Shown here piece by piece: positions 18,684-25,989 of a stretch of 61,065 nt of DNA. A program made the translations under genes and the position numbers. Every line of letters begins with the position of its first letter. Position 1 is the first letter of the stretch. Origin of the DNA: a virus (Duplodnaviria > Caudoviricetes); IMG/VR virus record IMGVR_UViG_3300025767_000015, positions 1-61,065 of that record; one strand, written 5' to 3'. Under the pieces are notes generated by a model. It made no database searches and was not told where the DNA came from. It was given only the letters and a program-made list of their open reading frames with translations.

Positions 18684-19169
18684 ATGTCAGAACAAACACC
18701 AACTTACGGAGAAGCTAGCCAAATTAATTGGACAGCTCCATTAAATATGATGCTTGTAGACTCTTATATGGGGCCTTACAAAACCTTTGCACTTGTTCCA
18801 TTATCTACAGACTGCCCATGGGTAGAAGTAATCTTTGAACCAACAGGTGGTACTTTAATTGCTATCTCTAGAGAAAAGAAGCAAACTTATAAAATGTTAC
18901 CTAAGCTTGATGATAACGGAGATCCTCAAGAATTAAAACTTATGAAGCGTAACGGTGGCCAAGCTTACAAAGAAGAAAGACGTCTAGTAGAAACATTCCA
19001 CGAGATTGTTATTACTGGTCTTGATTCAACACGTGAGTTTGTAAACCAGTTTGCAGTTAATGCAGACACTTATGACTTTGCAAAGTATATGAAACCTGCA
19101 GAAGATAATATCAATCAAAAGACCGGTGGCTTAACTTCATTACCAGGAAGCTCTCTCATTGTAGAATAA
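18684..19169 (+). CDS. hypothetical protein
   Basis: 161 aa with A-rich leader, immediately upstream of PolB. Confidence 0.7.
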   Translation: MSEQTPTYGEASQINWTAPLNMMLVDSYMGPYKTFALVPLSTDCPWVEVIFEPTGGTLIAISREKKQTYKMLPKLDDNGDPQELKLMKRNGGQAYKEERRLVETFHEIVITGLDSTREFVNQFAVNADTYDFAKYMKPAEDNINQKTGGLTSLPGSSLIVE

Positions 19170-19170
19170 T

Positions 19171-21171
19171 ATGAGTAGGCACTGGGTAATGGATTATGAA
19201 ACATTATCTGATTGTTTTGTAGCTGTATTTGAACATTATAAGGAAGATGAGATCAAAGTCTTTAGCGTCTGTAAATTACGTAATGACTTTCCAGATTTTG
19301 TTAAGTTCCTAAATGAAAATATAGTAAACAATGAGTGGCATGTTTCATACAACGGTTTAGCATTTGATGCCCAGGTTACAGAATATATTCTTGATAATCA
19401 CAAAGAGCTTAGGCTATTTGATGGAGGATACATAGCTGGTAAAATTTATGAGTTTGCTCAGGACACAATTGATCTTATGCGTAATAAGATGTGGCCTAAG
19501 TACAGTCCCTACAAAATGAGAGTACGTCAAATAGATGTATTTAAATTGAATCATTGGGATAACCCAGCTAAGATGTCTTCATTAAAGTGGATACAGTATA
19601 GTATGGATTGGTTTAATGTCCTTGACATGCCAATTCATCATACTGATTCTATAGATAATGCAGCTGATCTTGAAATGGTTATAGAGTATTGTGTTAATGA
19701 TGTTGCTAGCACTAAAGCTATTATGCAAATAAGCAAGCAACAAATTGCACTTAGAGCTACTCTAACAGATACTTACAATATTGATTTGTACAGTGCATCT
19801 GAACCACGTATAAGTAAAGAACTGTTTAGTTTCTACTTAAGTGATAACCTGAATATAGAAAAGAAGGTTCTTAAACAAATGCGTACACCAAGGCCAATGA
19901 TAAAGATTAAAGATCTTGTCTTGCCTTACATAAAGTTTGAAACTAAAGAGTTTAACGACCTGTTAGACTTCTTTAAGAGTAAGATTCTAAATACTGATCC
20001 AAGTAATAAATCAGGAACTAAGAATGCTTTATCTCATTCTGTAATATACAAAGGTGTAAAAACTGATTACGGATTGGGTGGTGTACATGGTGCTAATAAG
20101 AAAGGTGTTTACAAAAATGATGAAGATCATATTATTATGTCTTCTGATGTTACCTCTTATTATCCTAACCTTGCTATACGCAACCAATGGTCACCAGAAC
20201 ATTTGCCTAAAGAAGAATTCTGTAAGCTTTATGAATGGTTCTTTGATGAGCGTAAGAAGATACCTAAGAGTAATCCTATGAACTATGTTTACAAGATTAT
20301 TCTTAACTCAACTTATGGCCTCAGCAATGACGCAAATAGCTTTTTATATGATCCTGAATTTACAATGCGTATTACTATCAACGGTCAACTTAGTTTGACA
20401 ATGTTGTATGAAATGATTTGTGAAGAGATTCCAGGCTGTACTCCTATCATGCAGAATACAGATGGTCTTGAAACAATTATTCCAAAAGAGTATGAGCAAA
20501 AGTATTATGAAATTTGTGAACGTTGGGAAAACATAACAAATCTAAACTTAGAACACGACAAATACCAGAAGATTGTATTTGCTGATGTAAACAACTACAT
20601 AGCAGTATATGATTGGAAAGAGGTAGACTATTCCAAATGGAAACAGCTTAGAAAAGATAGACCAAATGATCTTTATAAAGCAACAGGAGGTAAGTTCTTA
20701 CATGCTACGGCAAAGTGTAAGGGCAGGTTTGAATACAGTAATCTAGCATTACATAAAAACAAATCTAAACTTGTTGTTGCAAAAGCTATATACCAATATT
20801 TTATTCATGGTGAATTACCTGAAGAGTATTTAGCTAGAAATAAGAACATACTTGATTACTGTATAGGAACTAAAGCTAAAGGAGATTGGAAACTTGAAAT
20901 CAGATCCATTAATAATGGAGAACATCAAGTAGAAAAACTTCAAAAGACTATTAGATACTATGTTAGTAAGAAAGGTGGGAAGCTTTTTAAGACTAACCCA
21001 GATGGAAGAGAACAGCAATTAGTTGCAGGTAAGTATCTGCAAACTATGTACAATGTGATAGAGGACAAAAAATGGGAAGACTATGATATTGATACTCAAT
21101 ACTATAAACAATTAATTGAAAAAGAAATCAACGGGATAATCCAAAAGGTTAGGCAGCTTGATTTATTTTAA
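19171..21171 (+). CDS. polB: DNA polymerase family B with 3'-5' exonuclease
   Basis: Exonuclease motifs DYET, YNGLAFD, YCVND; polymerase motifs DVTSYYP, KIILNSTYG, NTDG. Confidence 0.93.
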   Translation: MSRHWVMDYETLSDCFVAVFEHYKEDEIKVFSVCKLRNDFPDFVKFLNENIVNNEWHVSYNGLAFDAQVTEYILDNHKELRLFDGGYIAGKIYEFAQDTIDLMRNKMWPKYSPYKMRVRQIDVFKLNHWDNPAKMSSLKWIQYSMDWFNVLDMPIHHTDSIDNAADLEMVIEYCVNDVASTKAIMQISKQQIALRATLTDTYNIDLYSASEPRISKELFSFYLSDNLNIEKKVLKQMRTPRPMIKIKDLVLPYIKFETKEFNDLLDFFKSKILNTDPSNKSGTKNALSHSVIYKGVKTDYGLGGVHGANKKGVYKNDEDHIIMSSDVTSYYPNLAIRNQWSPEHLPKEEFCKLYEWFFDERKKIPKSNPMNYVYKIILNSTYGLSNDANSFLYDPEFTMRITINGQLSLTMLYEMICEEIPGCTPIMQNTDGLETIIPKEYEQKYYEICERWENITNLNLEHDKYQKIVFADVNNYIAVYDWKEVDYSKWKQLRKDRPNDLYKATGGKFLHATAKCKGRFEYSNLALHKNKSKLVVAKAIYQYFIHGELPEEYLARNKNILDYCIGTKAKGDWKLEIRSINNGEHQVEKLQKTIRYYVSKKGGKLFKTNPDGREQQLVAGKYLQTMYNVIEDKKWEDYDIDTQYYKQLIEKEINGIIQKVRQLDLF

Positions 21172-21212
21172 TTACATTTGACACTTACCATTACTTGTGC
21201 CCAAAGTAATAT

Positions 21213-21248
21213 AGGGGAGCCAGACTTTTAGTTTGCTCCCCTTTTTTT
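21213..21248 (+). terminator. intrinsic terminator after polB
   Basis: AGGGGAGC..GCTCCCCT hairpin followed by a T-run. Confidence 0.8.
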
Positions 21249-21271
21249 GCCTATAATAAAAACACAACACA

Positions 21272-21586
21272 ATGACACTAGAAGAATTTAACCAACTGCA
21301 TAACGAGAGAGTTGAAAAAAGCCGTAGAGTTCTTATTGAAAAGAATCGTGAATACGGTACTGAACTAGATGTACTAGAAAGTTTTAAAGAACAATCTGAG
21401 CTAAGCATACACAACACTTCTCCAGCCATTGGATGGGAACTATTAGTAAAGCACTTATACTCTGTTAGACGCATTATAAGAGAGTATGAAGAGTCAGGTA
21501 GACAACCTACTAAAGAAATGATAGATGAAAAGTTTGGTGATGCCATCAACTATCTCATATTAATTGAAGCACTTTTAAAAGAATAA
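21272..21586 (+). CDS. DUF1599-like (nucleotide-modification-associated) alpha-helical protein
   Basis: KNREYG..KH..IDEKFGDAINYLIL pattern. Confidence 0.6.
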   Translation: MTLEEFNQLHNERVEKSRRVLIEKNREYGTELDVLESFKEQSELSIHNTSPAIGWELLVKHLYSVRRIIREYEESGRQPTKEMIDEKFGDAINYLILIEALLKE

Positions 21587-21588
21587 CT

Positions 21589-21810
21589 ATGGAACAAAAA
21601 GAAAACTTCTACAAAGTTAGAATTAAAGTAACAGATGAATCTGAAAAGCCAGCTAGCCTATCTTATATAGTAAAAGCTAAATTAGTTTCTGAAGCAGACG
21701 CCAAAGTTAAAATGCACATTAGAAAAGTAGCAGAGAGCTTACAGTTAGAATCATATGATCTAATTATAGTAAGTATATCTGACATGAAAGTTGAAGACCT
21801 TATAGTTTAA
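21589..21810 (+). CDS. small hypothetical protein (DUF4494-like)
   Basis: FYKVRIK..SYIVKA..SEADAKV pattern. Confidence 0.5.
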   Translation: MEQKENFYKVRIKVTDESEKPASLSYIVKAKLVSEADAKVKMHIRKVAESLQLESYDLIIVSISDMKVEDLIV

Positions 21811-22082
21811 ACTAATAAAGTTTACTATCTTAGAGGTCTCAAACTTTTAAGATATGATAATGCTACTAGGATTTATTGCAATATTGTTTATTGCAAAAAC
21901 ATTAAGATAAAATACAAGGGAAGTTGTACATAAAGAAAACTCTTATGCTTAAAGGGTTTGAAGGTAATCCAGTCTTTTTTATACTGTATCCCAAGATTGT
22001 GTAAAGCAGTTTAAAAAGATTAAAACGCGTACAACATAATAATCATAGCGGTTATGGATTACAAAAGCCGGGAAGAGAATGT

Positions 22083-22116
22083 AGAGAGAGCTTATTAAGC
22101 GTTATAAGCTCTCTCT
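22083..22116. terminator. long hairpin at the convergence of the two gene blocks
   Basis: Perfect 13-bp inverted repeat AGAGAGAGCTTAT-N8-ATAAGCTCTCTCT. Confidence 0.7.
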
Positions 22117-22122
22117 TTCCCG

Positions 22123-22278
22123 TTATTCTTCCTCAAAAACATTAATACGTAATGTTAGTATACCTAAGAATACTTGATAAGTAGTCCACGGTATTTCTTC
22201 ATTAGCCCTTAAAGCCTCAAAGCCAATAGCTAACCTATCATGAGGCCAGTGAAATATAAGTTCTAATGTCCAGTTCAT
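22123..22278 (-). CDS. 51-aa hypothetical protein (MNWTLELIFHWPHDRLAIGFE..), not in the ORF track
   Basis: Manual translation; TAATG-coupled to the phoH stop; ends just before the hairpin. Confidence 0.65.
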   Translation of the reverse strand: MNWTLELIFHWPHDRLAIGFEALRANEEIPWTTYQVFLGILTLRINVFEEE

Positions 22279-22964
22279 TATCTATAATCTTCGTACACTT
22301 TAAGTACAGGTTCAACAATTTCATGACGATGGTTTGTCTTAAGAGTAATAACTTTAAAGCCTTTAACCTGAGCTTCTAATGTATATAGAAAGCCAAAGCC
22401 AGAATCTTTTTTATTACGTAGATCTATCTGAGCTTTATCACCACATATAACCATAGTACTACCTTTACCTAGACGGCCAAGCATCATTTCCATTTGATTC
22501 ATAGTAACGTTTTGAGCTTCATCTAATATGATAAGAGCATCAGTAAACGTTCTACCCCTCATGAATGCAAACGGTACAATTTCTATAAGGCCTTCTTCAA
22601 CACACTTGTCAATCTTAACTTTATCATATAGTAAGTACAAGTTATGGTATATAGGAGCAAGCCACGGATCCATCTTTTCCTTGATATCTCCAGGAAGGAA
22701 ACCGATGTCTTCTTTGGCAACTGTTGGTCTGGTAATGATAATCTTTTCAATTTGCTTTGTAAATAAGAGATCCAACCCAGTTTGCACTGCCACCAGAGTT
22801 TTCCCACTTCCTGCCATACCCTGTAAGACAGTGATTGGGTTTTCAAGTATTTCTGCTTTTGCAAGTTTCTGCTCTTCATTGAGACTTATATTAAATTTAA
22901 TAGGCTTCTTAGGTCTTCTCTTTGCTTTAAATACCTCATCGTTGTGAGATCTAGCTGCTGCCAT
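22278..22964 (-). CDS. phoH: PhoH family ATPase
   Basis: GMAGSGKT, ITRP, GFLPG..EKM.P, FMRGRT, LDEAQN, RLG, GD..Q.D and RH motifs. Confidence 0.95.
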   Translation of the reverse strand: MAAARSHNDEVFKAKRRPKKPIKFNISLNEEQKLAKAEILENPITVLQGMAGSGKTLVAVQTGLDLLFTKQIEKIIITRPTVAKEDIGFLPGDIKEKMDPWLAPIYHNLYLLYDKVKIDKCVEEGLIEIVPFAFMRGRTFTDALIILDEAQNVTMNQMEMMLGRLGKGSTMVICGDKAQIDLRNKKDSGFGFLYTLEAQVKGFKVITLKTNHRHEIVEPVLKVYEDYR

Positions 22965-22966
22965 AA

Positions 22967-23533
22967 TTAATCTTTTTCTGTAGCATACTTGACACCCATA
23001 ATGGTACCAACTATACTGAATGAATTAGTTAACAATATACCAAATAAATTTGACCATGTACTTTCTATTATCTTAGAATCATACCCTTTAGCAAGTATAA
23101 ACAAATACAATACTGTAGTAAGTAATCCTACACCAACAATAATACCCAATGCTAATTTTACTATAATAGAGATCAACTCAAACTGAGTCTTTTTTTGCAT
23201 GACCTCTAAGTCATTCAATGCTTCATCCCGTAAGTTCTCAGCTTCTTTTTTAGAGTCTTCCAACTCTTTCATTTTATCTTCAAGATCTAAAAGCAAATTT
23301 TTATTTAAAATGTTTGCTGCTTCTAATTCTTTATTCTGAGTTTGAACTTGTTTAGTTATATCTAAACGCTTCCTCCTTTGAGATAAATCTTTCTTCTTAC
23401 ACTCTTCAATATAATCCTTAACTTCAGGATCAGAAGTCTTAGCCAACAACTTAACAAAGCTTCCTTCTATAAAAACTTTCTTAGCTTTAGCTTTCTTAAT
23501 GGCTTCTTTAATAGTGTCTTTAGAACTTATCAC
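22967..23533 (-). CDS. coiled-coil protein with two C-terminal TM helices
   Basis: About 115-aa charged coiled coil, then IIVKLALGIIVGVGLLTTVLYLFIL and LFGILLTNSFSIVGTIMGV. GTGA overlap with the receiver gene. Confidence 0.75.
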   Translation of the reverse strand: MISSKDTIKEAIKKAKAKKVFIEGSFVKLLAKTSDPEVKDYIEECKKKDLSQRRKRLDITKQVQTQNKELEAANILNKNLLLDLEDKMKELEDSKKEAENLRDEALNDLEVMQKKTQFELISIIVKLALGIIVGVGLLTTVLYLFILAKGYDSKIIESTWSNLFGILLTNSFSIVGTIMGVKYATEKD

Positions 23534-23964
23534 CTATATACTTTAAACGGATTAGTTTTATTGACATAACCTTGATAGTCTTTATTAAACTCTTCTAGTC
23601 TTGGTTCAATGTCATCAGATTTAATAATCCAAAACTGTGCACCTACGGCTTTAGCTTTTTCAATTTCCCCGCTATCACTGCTGCTAGAAATAATGCCAAT
23701 AACACAACCATTTCCATAATCTTCATTTATTTTACGGATCATTTCTATACCATCAAAGGATGATCCTATTATATTTAAATCAACAAAAACACATTCAGGT
23801 CTTTCTTCACCGTTATCCGGGAACCAAGACTTAAACATTCTGTCAGCTTCATCAGAGCTGTCTAGTGATTCTATAGACAAGGCTATGTCTAACATGCTAC
23901 AGGCATCTTCAAATACCAGATGAAATAGGTTTTCATCATCTATTAGCATTAGTGTATCAATCAT
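23530..23964 (-). CDS. single-domain response regulator (CheY-like receiver)
   Basis: LIDDE (D9/D10), VFVDLN (D62 phosphoacceptor), DGIE, IISSS (S93), GA..WIIK (K115); no output domain. Confidence 0.92.
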   Translation of the reverse strand: MIDTLMLIDDENLFHLVFEDACSMLDIALSIESLDSSDEADRMFKSWFPDNGEERPECVFVDLNIIGSSFDGIEMIRKINEDYGNGCVIGIISSSSDSGEIEKAKAVGAQFWIIKSDDIEPRLEEFNKDYQGYVNKTNPFKVYR

Positions 23965-24863
23965 ATCTCAATAATTATTTTAGTACCTCCCTCATCTCTT
24001 TTTTGAGCTCGTACATTAAATCCATGTTCTTTTAAAATTGCAATTGAGATATTAAGTCCCAATCCCGTACCACTTTCTTTTTGTCCTTCTTTTCTTACGT
24101 AAGGTTTACTGAGTTCTATAAACTCTTCTGAAGTCAAACCTCTACCATTATCTTCTATTAGGATACTTAAGCCTTCTGTAAAGCTATCTTTAATGCTAAT
24201 CTTTACATACTTCGTACCACTATCATTATACTTTAAACCATTCCGAATAAAGTTATCTATAGCTGTACATAGTAACGGCTCATTAATTTCAAAAGACACA
24301 TCTAAACTGTCATCAAGAACAACCTGATTCTTATATGCAGTCAGCTTAAGATAGTCTGACAAAATTTCTTTTATATTTTTTAATTCTTTATTTAACTGTG
24401 CATTCTCCTTTACGAGATTTGTAAATTCAAATACACCTGCGTATACTTTTTGAGCATGGTGTAACCCATCTGTAATTAATCTAAGAGGTGCACCTATCTT
24501 TAACTCCTTAATATCCTCATCTGTAAGCCTTCTATTAAGAGATTTAATCCCTCTTGGTAGATAAGTATTAATTCCACTATGCATGTCATGACGTATGATC
24601 TTTGCAGCATGTTCTAAATAGATGTTCTTCTTATTAAGATCCTTTCTAATCTCAGCTTTATTACTTAAGAACTCTTTTACTACCGTAAAAAACGGAGGCA
24701 TAAAGGCAATAACACTAAGCCACTCAAAGTAATGTGTAAACGTGCTGTGATGTATAACTTTAAAGACAACTAAACTTTTGAATACAAAAAATGTAACCAT
24801 AATTATAGTTGAACATAGTAGGCAAATTCTACTACGTAAAGATATACCAGCTAAAGCTCCCAC
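23961..24863 (-). CDS. membrane sensor histidine kinase
   Basis: Two N-terminal TMs; H-box IIRHDM (H92), N-box NFIRNGLKY, G1 EDNGRG, F-box KPY, G2 GTGLGL, G3 GGTK. Confidence 0.92.
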   Translation of the reverse strand: MGALAGISLRSRICLLCSTIIMVTFFVFKSLVVFKVIHHSTFTHYFEWLSVIAFMPPFFTVVKEFLSNKAEIRKDLNKKNIYLEHAAKIIRHDMHSGINTYLPRGIKSLNRRLTDEDIKELKIGAPLRLITDGLHHAQKVYAGVFEFTNLVKENAQLNKELKNIKEILSDYLKLTAYKNQVVLDDSLDVSFEINEPLLCTAIDNFIRNGLKYNDSGTKYVKISIKDSFTEGLSILIEDNGRGLTSEEFIELSKPYVRKEGQKESGTGLGLNISIAILKEHGFNVRAQKRDEGGTKIIIEI

Positions 24864-25051
24864 TATAGCTTAGATTTCTTTAACCCTAGCTTTTCAAAAA
24901 GCCATTTGCTTGGACAAAACTTGGTCCATACGCCAACCTGAAGCATTGTAGAAACAAAAGCTACTAACCACCAAGACTCAATGAAGATTGCTGTAGTTAA
25001 AACTACAGACATCAATAAGTAAACGGCTCTAACAGAAGTCCAGTTTTTCAT
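24863..25051 (-). CDS. small 2-TM membrane protein (DUF2892/YgaP-like)
   Basis: Two hydrophobic helices followed by TKFCP..LFEKLG. Confidence 0.7.
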   Translation of the reverse strand: MKNWTSVRAVYLLMSVVLTTAIFIESWWLVAFVSTMLQVGVWTKFCPSKWLFEKLGLKKSKL

Positions 25052-25173
25052 AAGTTTATTATTTGTGCTAATGCAATTTGAAATCTATACCACAATCGTA
25101 ATCTAAAAGAAAGATTTTTAAACTCTTTAGTTTTAAATAGATCTTCTAATTCTTTTACATCTTCTATTTTCAT
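25048..25173 (-). CDS. 41-aa hypothetical protein (MKIEDVKELEDLFKTKEFKNLSFRLRLWYRFQIALAQIINL), not in the ORF track
   Basis: Manual translation; starts 10 nt after the upstream stop and is ATGA-coupled to the next gene. Confidence 0.6.
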   Translation of the reverse strand: MKIEDVKELEDLFKTKEFKNLSFRLRLWYRFQIALAQIINL

Positions 25174-25183
25174 ACCTCTAGCT

Positions 25184-25654
25184 TTATACAGTATCGTAAT
25201 CTATATACTGAATAGTTACTTCTTCACCTTCTTCAAGTGCTTTAGCAATTGCAGGGTAAATTCTTTTATACGCCGTAGTACTTGCACCAATGAAACCATC
25301 ACTAGAGCCAAAATTCGTTTGTTGACTGCTACCAACAATGAGACACCCAGCAGTGTGTTCGTCAGTATTACCAGTATGAATAAGGATATACTCAAAGTTA
25401 GGCACATCACGTACCCATAACATTCCCTTGTGCATTTCCCCATATTTCTTTTCATACCTTCCATGAAAACCTCCTACCTTTCTAAGAGTGATTTTATATG
25501 TGCCAGCAGGAATTCGTGTTTCAGACATAACCTTTGTTTCTCTATACTCATCTTCAAGAGTGTAGCATAAAAACTTTCTTCCTTCTGTAACATCAAATAA
25601 AATACCGTTTGTGCTGTCGTCTTGACTGCTAATTCTTAATACTTCTAACTTCAT
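25184..25654 (-). CDS. DUF5675 family protein (L,D-transpeptidase-like fold), putative endolysin
   Basis: CYTLE, IPAGTY, VPNFEYILIHTGNT..TAGCLIVG with His/Cys pair; follows a holin-like gene. Confidence 0.75.
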   Translation of the reverse strand: MKLEVLRISSQDDSTNGILFDVTEGRKFLCYTLEDEYRETKVMSETRIPAGTYKITLRKVGGFHGRYEKKYGEMHKGMLWVRDVPNFEYILIHTGNTDEHTAGCLIVGSSQQTNFGSSDGFIGASTTAYKRIYPAIAKALEEGEEVTIQYIDYDTV

Positions 25655-25899
25655 TTTTTTGCAAACTTTTCAAGACCTGCAATACCAAATGAACCAAGTG
25701 TAATGATTACAAAAGAATTATAGATCCCTTCATTAATAACTAAATCTTTACCAAAGTAACCTGTAACCAAGTCAACTGTAGCAAAGACTACCATAACTGC
25801 AAAAGACATAAATCCAATGATGGTTTTTTCATTGTAATCATTTTCGTCTTTAAAGATGTCAGCAAACGCCATACACTTTAATTTTAATTTTTTAAACAT
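25651..25899 (-). CDS. holin-like 2-TM membrane protein
   Basis: IIGFMSFAVMVVFATV and FVIITLGSFGIAGLEKF helices with a basic C-terminus; ATGA overlap with the endolysin candidate; alternative start at Met11. Confidence 0.6.
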   Translation of the reverse strand: MFKKLKLKCMAFADIFKDENDYNEKTIIGFMSFAVMVVFATVDLVTGYFGKDLVINEGIYNSFVIITLGSFGIAGLEKFAKK

Positions 25900-25926
25900 G
25901 ATGTAATTTGTTGGTTCTTACATATA

Positions 25927-25938
25927 TAAAATACAAAA
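25927..25938 (-). promoter_or_regulatory. putative late promoter TTTTGTATTTTA for the lysis/TCS/phoH operon
   Basis: 11/12 match to the motif at 7051 and 50789; 28 nt upstream of ATG 25899. Confidence 0.5.
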
Positions 25939-25965
25939 AAAGAGGGGCTTATAAAAACCCCTCTT
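25935..25965 (-). terminator. intrinsic terminator after the giant virion genes
   Basis: On the - strand, AAGAGGGG..CCCCTCTT followed by a T-run. Confidence 0.75.
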
Positions 25966-25989
25966 GTTAAATGTTGAGATATTACACTA

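Noticed and set aside
19171-21171. Intron or intein in polB (or in dnaB/primase)
   Set aside because: ORFs are continuous and compact, with no intein termini or homing-endonuclease insert apparent.
3023-21549. Antisense or alternate-frame ORFs 3023-3373, 3403-3639, 5934-6155, 6896-7093, 8996-9178, 10247-10561, 10815-11000, 12052-12303, 13507-13698, 14957-15142, 20078-20281, 20830-21018, 21172-21549
   Set aside because: They overlap well-supported genes or promoter regions and carry no recognisable motifs; treated as shadow ORFs.
23530-24863. Host chromosomal DNA or prophage boundary as the explanation for the two-component genes
   Set aside because: The genes are flanked on both sides by phage genes, overlap-coupled into the same operon, similar in AT-rich composition, and no att site or integrase is seen. 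Read mapping is still needed to exclude misassembly.
24855-24875. Frameshift fusion of the DUF2892-like ORF with the histidine kinase
   Set aside because: The kinase frame has a TAA three codons upstream of its GTG and there is no obvious slippery site; the TAGTG overlap is explained by translational coupling.
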